Shown: positions 9,292 through 18,626 of the stretch, piece after piece | How positions within the stretch are numbered: position 1 is the first letter of the stretch | Layout of the letters: every line of letters begins with the position of its first letter | Source: Pyrinomonadaceae bacterium | GTDB taxonomy: Bacteria; Acidobacteriota; Blastocatellia; Pyrinomonadales; Pyrinomonadaceae | Assembly (NCBI GenBank): GCA_050748205.1 | Contig: JBOGOU010000513.1 | Span: 9,966-73,965, forward strand | Direction: 5' to 3' | Length of the DNA stretch: 64,000 nt | The notes under the pieces: generated by a model | What the model was told of the DNA's origin: nothing | Databases searched by the model: none | The model's input: only the letters and a program-made list of their open reading frames with translations | Position numbers and translations under genes: made by a program

Positions 9292-11751
9292 TCACTCGTA
9301 GCGCAGCGCTACCAACGGATCGACTCTCGTCGCGCGTCGCGCCGGTATGTAACAAGCCAGCAGTGCCACTACCAACAAACTCAGCGAGACCGCGATGAAG
9401 GTAGTTGCATCAGTGGCCGTCACGCCGAATAGCAAGCTCGTCATCAGTCGGGTAAGCGCCAAAGCGGCGACGAGACCAATGCCCACACCAGCGACTGCCA
9501 GGCGCATGCATTGACCAACCACCAACCGCAACACGTCCATCGCTCGCGCACCGAGGGCTACGCGAATGCCAATCTCTCGTGTGCGCTGGGCTACTGAATA
9601 CGAAAGCACTCCGTAGATGCCGGTTGCCGCCAGCACCAGCGCCAGAGACGCGAACATGATCAGGATGAGCAGCGCAAAACGGCGCGTGCCCACCGAATCA
9701 CCGACTAGGTCTTCCATTGTCTGGATCTGGTAGACGGGCTGGTTGCTGTCGACTTCGCGGATCGCTCTCTGGATTGATCCGACGAGGCTCTTGGGATCGA
9801 CCGTCGAGCGCACCGCGAGATTCATCCGGCGATAGCGTCCCGCCATCTGCCCCAGCGGGAAATAGACTTCGGGTTTGACTCCCACGTCGAGTGAAGCTTG
9901 CGCCGAGTCTCGTACTACACCTTTGACCGTAAACCACGGGTTCTTCGAATCTGCACTGGCTGCCGCGCCAGCGCGGCTGCCGGGCTCGGGATCTGCGATC
10001 TTGATCCGCTTGCCGAGCGGATCCTGATTCACCCAGAAGCGGTTCGCCATCGCCTGATTGATGATGATTACCGGCTGCGATTCCGCACCGTCTTGAATGG
10101 AAAAGAATTGGCCAGCGAGTAACGGGATGCCCATAGTCGTGAAGTAGTCAGAACTAATGGTGCGCGTGTCGACACTCTGGGTTTGCATTTCCTCGCGGAT
10201 AACATTGCTCTCAATTGTGAGCGGCCAGGCTTCAGTGAAAACAAAAGGCATGTGCGAAGCTACGCTCACCGCTTCGATTCCGGGCAGGCTCTTGACACGA
10301 TCGATCACCTGCTGGAAGAAGAGCGCATTCTGCGCTCCATCCTTCGACTTCGCCGGGGATCGGTTGATTCTCATCGACAGCACGTTTGCTGTGTTCAGTC
10401 CCGGATCGATGTTGGTCAGCTTGGCGTAACTGCGAATCATCAATCCGGCCATCACCAACAGGATCAGCGAGAGACTGACTTCCGCGACGACGAGCAGATT
10501 CTGAGCGCGGCGTGGCGCACGCGTTACCGAGCGCTGGTTGCCGGATTTCAAAGCGTCCTGCACCGGCGCGCGCGAGATCTGCAGTGCCGGCCACAGACCG
10601 AAGATGAAAGCGGTCACAAGTGATACGGCCAGCGCAAAAAGCAGCACCCGGGCATTCATGCCAACTTCCCGGCCCGGTGGTATGGTTCCCGTGGGGATGA
10701 GTGTCACGAGCGCCTTTGTGCCCCACGACGCGAGCAGTAATCCGCTTACGCCGCCCAACAGTGCCAACACAGCGCTCTCGGTTAGCATCTGGCGAATGAT
10801 CCGCAGACGATTCGCCCCCATCGCCGCGCGGACCGCGATTTCGTGCGAACGGCCCATCGACCTTGCCAACAGCAGGTTCGCGATGTTGGCGCAGGCGATG
10901 AGCAACACCAAACCAACTGCGCCCAGCAAAACAAACAGCGCTTTCCGTACCACTCCGAAATAGAATTCGCTCAGTGATTCCAGGTATATACCGCGGCCGG
11001 CGTACTCCGGATTAGTAGTGGCGAAAGCCTGCTCGTTTTGCCTGGCTAGCGTTGCTAGTTCAGCTTTCGTCTGCTCAGCCGTCTTTTCCAGCTTCGTGCG
11101 AACGAGAACCGCGACCTGGCGACCTCCACGCGGGGCCTGGGCAAAATCAAAAGGAAATGGGAACCAGGCTTCTGCGCCATCGTAACGAAAGCGCGGCGGC
11201 ATCACTCCGACGATGGTGAAGGGTTCATCATCAAGAAACACCTTCTGTCCGAGTACCGTGCGCTCGCCACCGAACCGGCGTTGCCACAACGCATGACTTA
11301 TTACCAGCACACGCGCGCCGTTGGGCCCCTGTTCTTCCGGTTGTATCGTTCGTCCTAGCTCAGGCTCGACGCCGAGCATCGAAAAGAATTCAGTTGAGAC
11401 CTTTCCCGCGGGCACTCTTTCCGGCTCTTCACCTCCAGTGAGATTGCGACTAACCGCTTCATAGGCGGCCACGCGCTCGAAGATTCCGCTCTGAGCGAGG
11501 TCAACGAATTCTGGTCCGGAAGCGCGGAATTGTTGCTGAACGCCGATCTTCGGCAGGCTTTGCCGGATGAAAAAGAGTTTCGCCGGATCGTTGTAAGGGA
11601 ACGGATTGAGGATGACGATGTTGACGATGCTGAATAGCGCCGTGCTCGCACCGATCCCGAGCGCGAGCGTCACTACGGCAACAATTGTGAAAGGGGGCCG
11701 CTTGCGCAACATGCGCAGGCAGTAACGCAGATCCTGTATGAAGTTTCCCAT
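9292..11751 (-). CDS. ABC transporter permease, ADOP family
   Basis: The ORF track starts at GTG 11757. I prefer ATG 11751 because AAGGAG lies 5 nt upstream, giving MGNFIQDLRYCLRMLRKRPPFT. Ends [15 protein letters not shown]. Confidence 0.9.
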   Translation of the reverse strand: MGNFIQDLRYCLRMLRKRPPFTIVAVVTLALGIGASTALFSIVNIVILNPFPYNDPAKLFFIRQSLPKIGVQQQFRASGPEFVDLAQSGIFERVAAYEAVSRNLTGGEEPERVPAGKVSTEFFSMLGVEPELGRTIQPEEQGPNGARVLVISHALWQRRFGGERTVLGQKVFLDDEPFTIVGVMPPRFRYDGAEAWFPFPFDFAQAPRGGRQVAVLVRTKLEKTAEQTKAELATLARQNEQAFATTNPEYAGRGIYLESLSEFYFGVVRKALFVLLGAVGLVLLIACANIANLLLARSMGRSHEIAVRAAMGANRLRIIRQMLTESAVLALLGGVSGLLLASWGTKALVTLIPTGTIPPGREVGMNARVLLFALAVSLVTAFIFGLWPALQISRAPVQDALKSGNQRSVTRAPRRAQNLLVVAEVSLSLILLVMAGLMIRSYAKLTNIDPGLNTANVLSMRINRSPAKSKDGAQNALFFQQVIDRVKSLPGIEAVSVASHMPFVFTEAWPLTIESNVIREEMQTQSVDTRTISSDYFTTMGIPLLAGQFFSIQDGAESQPVIIINQAMANRFWVNQDPLGKRIKIADPEPGSRAGAAASADSKNPWFTVKGVVRDSAQASLDVGVKPEVYFPLGQMAGRYRRMNLAVRSTVDPKSLVGSIQRAIREVDSNQPVYQIQTMEDLVGDSVGTRRFALLILIMFASLALVLAATGIYGVLSYSVAQRTREIGIRVALGARAMDVLRLVVGQCMRLAVAGVGIGLVAALALTRLMTSLLFGVTATDATTFIAVSLSLLVVALLACYIPARRATRVDPLVALRYE

Positions 11752-11788
11752 GTTCACTCCTTATTCGTACCTTAGTGCCACCAACGCC

Positions 11789-11880
11789 GTGGCACAGACT
11801 TCAGTCTGTGTGACCGCCTTGTTCACCCTCCAACCTTGAAAGGTTATTCATCCCCAAACTCAGACTGAAGTCTGTGCCAC
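11789..11880. repeat. 92-bp palindrome-terminated element, family D, copy 1
   Basis: It starts gtggcacagacttcagtctgtg and ends cagactgaagtctgtgccac. These are 20-bp terminal inverted repeats, and each is itself palindromic. Confidence 0.9.
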
Positions 11881-11914
11881 AGGCTTCTAGCGCCTCTTGG
11901 TGGTCAGCAACAGT

Positions 11915-11965
11915 CAACTGACGCCAATCTCAATTTCGAAATCCGAAATCCGAAATCCGAAATTC
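11915..11965. repeat. Heptad array, family A, single arm with polar module
   Basis: caactgacgccaatctcaatttcgaaatccgaaatccgaaatccgaaattc abuts the stop codon at 11966. Confidence 0.9.
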
Positions 11966-14404
11966 TCACTCGTAGCGCAGCGCCACCAACGGATCGACTC
12001 TCGTCGCGCGTCGCGCCGGTACGTAACAGGCAATCAAAGCGACGGCGATCAAAACGAATGAGACGGTGACAAACGTCACAGAGTCGGTAGTGGTCACGCC
12101 AAACAGCAAACCCTCCATCAAGCGCGTCAGTGCAAACGCCCCCAACAATCCAGCTGAGACACCAATCAAGGTTAGGAGCATCCCGTTTCCCATAATCAGT
12201 TTCATTATGTCTTTCGCCTGGGCCCCGAGCGCCATTCGTATCCCGATCTCATGGGTTCGTTGCGAAGCCGCATAAGACATGACGCCATAGATCCCCACAG
12301 CCGCGAGAATCAGCGCCAACGCGGCAAAGACGAGCAGCAAGAGCATGAAAAACCTCCTAATCAAGATTGATTCGCCCATTAACTGTTCGAGCGTCGTCAC
12401 ATTGAAAACTGCCTGATCCTTGTCGACCGCCAGGATCTCGCGCCGGATGGCGTTAGTCAGAGCGGTTGGTTCGGTTTCAGTTTTGACTACTATGCTGTTG
12501 AAGGAAGTAGGAAACTGCGCTTGTGGTACATAGATCTGCATCGGCGGCTTCCTGTCCAGCGCGTATTGCGCAACATCGCTGATAACGCCGACAACAGTGC
12601 GCCACGGTTGTGGATTCTTTTCACTTCCCGGAAAGCTTATACGTTTGCCTAGCGGGTCTTCGTTGGGCCATAACTGGGCGGCCATCGTGCTATTAATCAG
12701 CGCAATCTTGAATGAGTCGGGAGTGTCTTGTTCAGTAATCGAACGCCCTTTCAGCAGCGGGATCTCCAATGCGCGAAGGTAACCCGGTGTGGCGATGTAC
12801 AGGTCGACGGTAATCTCTTCGCCCCGAGGCTTGGGATGGTCTTCAACCAAAAGCCCTCTGCCGTCGAAGTTGTCGCTGAGTGGAAGCACGCTGGTCATGC
12901 CGGCGGCTTTGACTCCGGGCAGTGCCGCGAGGCGATCGGTAAGTTGTTTATTAAACGAGATCCAATTCTCCGGTTTGGGATACTTGATGCCGGGCAGGCC
13001 AATATTCATCGCCAAAACGTTTTGTGAGTTGAATCCCGTAGCGACATTCTTGAGTCGCGCCACTGTTCTGATGAGTAGGCCGGCACAAACCAAAAGCACC
13101 AGCGTCATCGCGATCTCGGAAATGACGAGCACGCTGCGCAAACGATTGCGACTTGCGGAAGGTCCAGAACCACGTCCCCCCTCCTTGAGCGATTCCGCCA
13201 GGTTTGGCTTTGATGTTTGCAAGGCAGGCGCGAGTCCGAAGATCAGGCCCGTGATTATCGAGATTGCGAAGGTAAATCCAAGTACACGGATATCCACGTG
13301 GATGTTCTGAAACATGGGATTGATCTTGTCGCCGAATGACGCGACCAGGCCGGTACCCCACATTGCGAACATCAAACCGAGAGCACCGCCCACGAGCGAT
13401 AGCAACAGGCTTTCGGTCAACAACTGGCGAAGGAGTTGGCTTCGCACGGCGCCAATGGCCGAGCGAATAGTCATTTCTTTGTACCTGACGGTCGCACGCG
13501 CCAGCAGGAGATTCGCAACGTTTGCGCAAGCAACAAGCAGAACAAAAACCACCGCACCAAATACCAACAAAAGCGTTGGCCGAATGCCGCCGACAATTTC
13601 ATCGGTTATGGAAACCACATCCGCGCCCTGGTTCTTGTTGGTCAACGGATGCTCTTGCTCAAGGCGTTGAGCGATGACATTCGTTTCAGTCTGCGCGTGT
13701 TCAAGCGTTACGCCGGGTTTGAGCCGTGCAATGGCGCGCAAGTGACGCTCGTCGCGGGCCGAGTCGTCGTAAGCTTCCGCAACGGGTCTGTAAAACTGGC
13801 CTTCCGGCGACACCAGAGATGAAGGAAGTGGTTGAAAATCGGCGCCCATGACGCCGACTATGTTGTAAGGGCGACTGTTGAGCGGGACGGTCTTGCCAAT
13901 GATATTTGGGTCGCCCCCAAAACGGCGTTGCCACAGGCCGTAACTCAAGACTATGACGAAGTCTTTACCGTCTTCTTGCTCTTCCGCGGTGAAGACGCGC
14001 CCGAGCAAAGGCTGGCCTTTCATTACTTTGAAGAAGCCGTCGCCCACCTGAATCGCGGGAATCCTTTCGGCTTCGCCATCGCCCGACATGATGGGATACC
14101 ACCCGGAATAAGTTGCGACCTCCTCAAAAACACTCGACTGAGCGCGGAAGTCTGCTACATCGGTCGCTGAAACCTGATTGTGCTTTCTTCGGTTGGTTTC
14201 CGATTTGGTGTCTCCCCACAGCAGCACGAGACTATTCGGATCTTTGTAAGGTAACGATTTCAGAAGCACTGCATTGACGACGCTGAATACGGTGGTGTTT
14301 GCGCCGATGCCGAGCGCGATCGACAGGAGAGCCACTGCTGTGAAGGCCGGGCTCTTGATCAACATCCGGACGCTGTAGCGAACGTCACGAAATAAGGTTT
14401 CCAT
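11966..14404 (-). CDS. ABC transporter permease, ADOP family
   Basis: 812 aa, METLFRDVRYSVRMLIKSPAFT ... [15 protein letters not shown]. Confidence 0.92.
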   Translation of the reverse strand: METLFRDVRYSVRMLIKSPAFTAVALLSIALGIGANTTVFSVVNAVLLKSLPYKDPNSLVLLWGDTKSETNRRKHNQVSATDVADFRAQSSVFEEVATYSGWYPIMSGDGEAERIPAIQVGDGFFKVMKGQPLLGRVFTAEEQEDGKDFVIVLSYGLWQRRFGGDPNIIGKTVPLNSRPYNIVGVMGADFQPLPSSLVSPEGQFYRPVAEAYDDSARDERHLRAIARLKPGVTLEHAQTETNVIAQRLEQEHPLTNKNQGADVVSITDEIVGGIRPTLLLVFGAVVFVLLVACANVANLLLARATVRYKEMTIRSAIGAVRSQLLRQLLTESLLLSLVGGALGLMFAMWGTGLVASFGDKINPMFQNIHVDIRVLGFTFAISIITGLIFGLAPALQTSKPNLAESLKEGGRGSGPSASRNRLRSVLVISEIAMTLVLLVCAGLLIRTVARLKNVATGFNSQNVLAMNIGLPGIKYPKPENWISFNKQLTDRLAALPGVKAAGMTSVLPLSDNFDGRGLLVEDHPKPRGEEITVDLYIATPGYLRALEIPLLKGRSITEQDTPDSFKIALINSTMAAQLWPNEDPLGKRISFPGSEKNPQPWRTVVGVISDVAQYALDRKPPMQIYVPQAQFPTSFNSIVVKTETEPTALTNAIRREILAVDKDQAVFNVTTLEQLMGESILIRRFFMLLLLVFAALALILAAVGIYGVMSYAASQRTHEIGIRMALGAQAKDIMKLIMGNGMLLTLIGVSAGLLGAFALTRLMEGLLFGVTTTDSVTFVTVSFVLIAVALIACYVPARRATRVDPLVALRYE

Positions 14405-14424
14405 AGCGAATACTTCCCCTTCTT

Positions 14425-14551
14425 ATTGCCAATTGCCTATTGCCAATTGCCAATTTCGAATTTGAAATTGGCGTCAGTTGATTCTGTTACCTGACTACCC
14501 AGAGATCGCTAAGCGCCAAATCCGAAATTCGCAATCCGAAATTCGAAATTC
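14425..14551. repeat. Heptad-zipper element, family A / ATTGCCA hybrid
   Basis: The left arm (14425-14477) is 7 heptads drifting from ATTGCCA to ATTTCGA, then ttggcgtcag. The right arm (14513-14551, gcgccaaatccgaaattcgcaatccgaaattcgaaattc) abuts the stop at 14552. Confidence 0.85.
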
Positions 14552-16354
14552 TCACTCGTATCGCAGCGCTACCAGCGGATCGACTTTCGTAGCGCGACGT
14601 GCCGGGATGTAACAGGCGATTAAAGCAACAAGCGCCAACAGCGTCGCCACTGCAATAAACGTCACGGGGTCTTTCGCAGTCACGCCATATAGCAAACTGG
14701 CCATCACTCGGGTCAGCGCGAATGCACCTACCAGGCCAAGTGCCACACCCAGCACCACCAGAGTCATTCCCTGGCGAACGACCAGCTTAAGAACATCAAA
14801 CCTGCGCGCGCCTAATGCCATTCGGACACCGATCTCGTGGGTTCGCTGCGTAACCGAATAAGACATCACACCGTAAATCCCAGTAGAGGCGAGCACCAGC
14901 GCCAGTCCGGCAAACAATCCGAGCAAAGCCGTGCGATAACGTGGACCCGCGACAGCGGAATCAACCCACCGTTCCATAGTTTTGACGGCGGCCACGGGTT
15001 GATCAGGATCGATTGCCTGCACTTCTTTCCGGACCGCAGCCGTCAGATTTGCAGGATCGCCTTTCGTGCGAATCACGACATTCATCCAGCCGGTCGCGTA
15101 GGTTGGCATGTACATCGCCGCAAACGGCTGGGATTCCAGGGCCCGGTGACGGATGTCACCAACGATGCCGATGATTATTAGACCAAAGATAAGAGCGGTA
15201 GAGAGCGAGAGCGCCAGAGTGAACAGCAGAACGCGAGGTTCGAGACCGATCTGTTCAAGCCGCGGAATGTTGCCCGGATTTAGCGCAACGAGAAGATCGA
15301 GGCTGGTCCCGGCCAGCGTGAGACCGGCGCCGCCACCGATGAGCGCCAAAATAAGACTCTCGGCCAGCAACTGCCGTATGACGCGCCACCGGCTTGCGCC
15401 CAACGCCGTTCGAATTGAGATTTCCTTCTGACGCGTTTCTCCCCGGGCCAGCAACAGGTTTGCTACGTTCGCACAGGCGATTAGCAACACAAATCCCACC
15501 GCGCCCAACAGCGCAAGCAATGCCAGTCGCACGTTACCCACAATCGATTCCTGGAGCGGCGTCAGGTATGAACGAAAGGATCCGTCTGCGGGGTAATAGG
15601 TGGGGTTCTCTTTTACTACTCTACCAATAATTAAATTGGTTTCGGCCGCTGCCTGTGAAGCAGTCACGCCAGGGCGTAAGCGCCCGATCGTGTTCACGCC
15701 GTGGCTGCCAAGATTCAAACTGGCATAGTTCAAGCCGAGCGGAGTCACGAGCTGGGCACTCACACCATTTTGCAAATCCGCCGGCGATTGGAAGGCCTCC
15801 GGCAGCACCCCGATAATGTTTAGGCTGTTGCCTCCGAGCGTAACTGTCTGGTTTATGACGTTCGGATTCGCGCCGAAGTGAGTTTGCCAAAAGTCGTAAG
15901 CCAGCATAGCCACGTTTGCGCGACTCTGCTCGTCTTCTCCCGACAAGAAGGTGCGACCCAGTCGCGGGTTGATTCCCAGTAAGGAAAAGAAATTATCCGA
16001 GACTACGGTTACACGAACACGCTCCGGCTCCCCTGCCCCGGTCAGCGTTAACGTCCCGCTTTGATAAGCGCCAACCTCCACGAAACTTTTGTTCTCATTG
16101 CGCAACCTCACGAATTCCATCTGAGTTAGACCAGCCTGTGAAAAGCCTGCCGAGGCTAACGAGTCGTTCACTTGCACCAGTTCCTGCGGTCGTTGGTAAG
16201 GCAAGGGTCGGAGTAGCACTGAATTGACTACACTGAAGATCGTCGTGTTTGCACCGATGCCGAGCGCGAGCGTAATCACTGCAACCGCGGTAAAACCGGG
16301 CCGCTTCAACAGATTTCTAACTCCGTAATGAATGTCTCTGAAGAGTGTTTCCAT
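14552..16354 (-). CDS. ADOP-family permease variant with an in-frame internal deletion of about 210 aa (possibly non-functional)
   Basis: 600 aa. The N-half is normal up to ...LALSLSTALIFGL, then the sequence jumps to IIIGIVGDIRHRALESQP..., which is the end of periplasmic domain 2. The junction is near 15176-15182. The C-terminus [15 protein letters not shown] is intact. Confidence 0.8.
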   Translation of the reverse strand: METLFRDIHYGVRNLLKRPGFTAVAVITLALGIGANTTIFSVVNSVLLRPLPYQRPQELVQVNDSLASAGFSQAGLTQMEFVRLRNENKSFVEVGAYQSGTLTLTGAGEPERVRVTVVSDNFFSLLGINPRLGRTFLSGEDEQSRANVAMLAYDFWQTHFGANPNVINQTVTLGGNSLNIIGVLPEAFQSPADLQNGVSAQLVTPLGLNYASLNLGSHGVNTIGRLRPGVTASQAAAETNLIIGRVVKENPTYYPADGSFRSYLTPLQESIVGNVRLALLALLGAVGFVLLIACANVANLLLARGETRQKEISIRTALGASRWRVIRQLLAESLILALIGGGAGLTLAGTSLDLLVALNPGNIPRLEQIGLEPRVLLFTLALSLSTALIFGLIIIGIVGDIRHRALESQPFAAMYMPTYATGWMNVVIRTKGDPANLTAAVRKEVQAIDPDQPVAAVKTMERWVDSAVAGPRYRTALLGLFAGLALVLASTGIYGVMSYSVTQRTHEIGVRMALGARRFDVLKLVVRQGMTLVVLGVALGLVGAFALTRVMASLLYGVTAKDPVTFIAVATLLALVALIACYIPARRATKVDPLVALRYE

Positions 16355-16370
16355 GGTGTCATTTCCCCAC

Positions 16371-16462
16371 GTGGCATAGACTCCAGTCTGTGTCGCCGCC
16401 TTATGGATCTCCCAACCTTCAAGTTATCGCTGCCGACGATCACAGACTAAAGTCTGTGCCAC
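16371..16462. repeat. 92-bp palindrome-terminated element, family D, copy 2
   Basis: It runs gtggcatagactccagtctgtg...cacagactaaagtctgtgccac. The interior is homologous to copy 1 (cgcctt, cccaacctt, gttat blocks). It ends 1 nt before the stop at 16463. Confidence 0.9.
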
Positions 16463-18502
16463 TCACTCATACCGCAGCGCCTCCAACGGATCGACTTTTG
16501 TGGCGCGTCGCGCGGGCCAGTAACAGGCGCTCAGCGCGACCGCCGTCAAGAGTAGCGATACAAAAACAAATGTGAGCGGATCGGTTGCACTGACGCCGTA
16601 AAGCACGCTGGTAATCGCTCGCATAAGCAAATAGGCGCCGAGTAACCCGAAAGACAGTCCCAGCACAGTAAGCTTCAAGCCGTGACTGAGAATCAGTCTC
16701 AGCACATCACCGAGCTGCGCCCCTAGCGCCATGCGAATTCCAATCTCCCGGGTGCGCTGCGCAACCGAGTAAGAGGTGACTCCGTAGATACCGATAGCTG
16801 CGAGCGTGAGCGCTATGAATCCGAAGACGCCGAGAACACTCGCCGCGACGCGCGCTGGAAACAGAGCCAGCCTCATGTGTTCAGTCAACGTCTTGACATC
16901 AAAGACGGGGAGGTTCGGATCAAGAGAATGTATTTCGTTGCGGACGACGGTGATAATTGATTGCGGATCCCCGACCGTGCGCACTATCACTGCAACTGAG
17001 CGCACGCCCGACAATGATTGAATGCGCTCGACGAGTTGCTGGTAAAACTGCTCGCCCCGTGTCTGGTCATAACCTTGAAGCCCCAGATCGAACGACAGTG
17101 TTAAGGCATCGCGCGGATCGAAGCCGGGATCCATTGTTTGAAGGTGCCGCAGCGTACGCACGACTAGTCCCGCGCCAATCAGAAGCACCAACGACAACGC
17201 GATTTGTGCGACAACCAATCCGCTTCGCAGGCGAGTGCGGCTGCCGCCCCTCTGCGCAGCCGTGTCTTTCAGGGCCGTTACGAGACTTGGCCGGGTGGCC
17301 TGTAGCGCCGGAACTAGCCCGAATACCGCGCCGGTCAGAAACGAAACTGTCAGGGAAAAAATGAGCACGCGCCAGTCAACGTTGACATCCAAAGCCAAGG
17401 GGAAGTCGACGGGTGGTTTGAACGCGAGCAACGCATTGATGATCCAAAGCGCCAGCCACAAACCGACAGCGCCTCCAATCACTGAAAGCAAAATGCTTTC
17501 GGTGAGGAGTTGCCGAATTAAACGGAAGCGGCTTGCTCCCATCGCCAGGCGTATGGCGATCTCCTTACGCCGATCGGTTGCGCGTGCCAGCAGAAGGCCG
17601 GCCAGATTCGTGCACGTGACCAAAAGGACCAGCGCCACAGCGGCCATTAATATCCAGGTGAAACTCACCACCGCGCCGCGTATGTTAGGAAGAATGAATC
17701 CGGGCGGTCCGACACTTATAGTCTGGCCCTCATTGGTGTCGGGGTATTCTTTACTGAGCTGCAGGGCTAACAGGTTCAATGAAGCTTCGCCTTGCTTGGC
17801 ATCGACGCCGGGCTTGAGGCGTCCAACCGCGAGAAAATTGCCGGAGTTCCGATTGTCGAGCCAGCTGGCCCCCGGTTCTGCCCATTCCAGCATCGCAACG
17901 GGTATCCACATCTCTGGCGTATAAACAAATTCGGTTCCTTTGAAACCTTCGGGCGCAATGCCAATAATCCTGAACGGGTGATTATTGAGCAGCACCTCTT
18001 TGCCAACGAGATCTGGGTCGGCGCCAAACCGACGCTGCCAACAGCCATAACTAACCACGGCCACGGGATGCGAGAGACGTGTGCGATCTTCTTCCGGCAG
18101 AAAGGTACGTCCCTTGATGGCTCGCACTCCCAGCACATCGAAATAGTTACCGGAAACCTCATAATTCCAGATTCGTTCGCTGGTGCCTCCGCGACTTAGG
18201 CTCATGGGCACAAACCGGTAAATCAGCAGGCCACTAAGGACCTCGTTGCGGTCGCGAAAATCAATGTAGTTGGGATAAGAATGGGCGACCATTGCGTCAC
18301 CCTTGCCGCGCGCCGAAACGGAGACGATTTGCTCGGGATGATCCACCGGCAACGAGCGCAGCAAGACCATGTTTACCAAACTAAAGATCGCCGTGTTCGC
18401 GCCAATGCCAAGAGCCAGCGTGATTACAGCGGTGACGGTAAAACCCGGACGCTTCAAGAGGTTTCTGATTCCGTAGCGAATGTCCTTTAGCAATGTTGTC
18501 AT
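16463..18502 (-). CDS. ADOP-family permease variant lacking the core of the second periplasmic domain (in-frame deletion of about 130 aa)
   Basis: 679 aa, MTTLLKDIRYGIRNLLKRPGFT... . At ...QQLVERIQSLSGVRSVAV|IVRTVGDPQSIITVVRNEIHSLDPN the middle of domain 2 is missing. The junction is at about 16987/16988. All 8 TM segments are retained. Confidence 0.85.
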   Translation of the reverse strand: MTTLLKDIRYGIRNLLKRPGFTVTAVITLALGIGANTAIFSLVNMVLLRSLPVDHPEQIVSVSARGKGDAMVAHSYPNYIDFRDRNEVLSGLLIYRFVPMSLSRGGTSERIWNYEVSGNYFDVLGVRAIKGRTFLPEEDRTRLSHPVAVVSYGCWQRRFGADPDLVGKEVLLNNHPFRIIGIAPEGFKGTEFVYTPEMWIPVAMLEWAEPGASWLDNRNSGNFLAVGRLKPGVDAKQGEASLNLLALQLSKEYPDTNEGQTISVGPPGFILPNIRGAVVSFTWILMAAVALVLLVTCTNLAGLLLARATDRRKEIAIRLAMGASRFRLIRQLLTESILLSVIGGAVGLWLALWIINALLAFKPPVDFPLALDVNVDWRVLIFSLTVSFLTGAVFGLVPALQATRPSLVTALKDTAAQRGGSRTRLRSGLVVAQIALSLVLLIGAGLVVRTLRHLQTMDPGFDPRDALTLSFDLGLQGYDQTRGEQFYQQLVERIQSLSGVRSVAVIVRTVGDPQSIITVVRNEIHSLDPNLPVFDVKTLTEHMRLALFPARVAASVLGVFGFIALTLAAIGIYGVTSYSVAQRTREIGIRMALGAQLGDVLRLILSHGLKLTVLGLSFGLLGAYLLMRAITSVLYGVSATDPLTFVFVSLLLTAVALSACYWPARRATKVDPLEALRYE

Positions 18503-18520
18503 GGCGATATCTCCGACCTT

Positions 18521-18626
18521 GAATTTCGGATTTCGGATTGCGGATTGCGGATTTGAGATCGGCGTCAGGTGGCTCGCTTTCTACCTAAACCAAAATCCGA
18601 AATCCACAATCCGAAATTCGAAATTC
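18521..18626. repeat. Heptad-zipper element, family A, full copy (polar module inverted)
   Basis: The left arm is 18521-18568 (gaatttcggatttcggattgcggattgcggatttgagatcggcgtcag). The right arm is 18590-18626 (ccaaaatccgaaatccacaatccgaaattcgaaattc) and abuts the stop at 18627. Confidence 0.9.

Noticed and set aside
9026-9398. ORFs 9026..9355(-), 9093..9398(+) and 9107..9301(+).
   Set aside because: They lie entirely within the heptad and nested-palindrome element and overlap each other on both strands. Their peptides are translations of the repeat.
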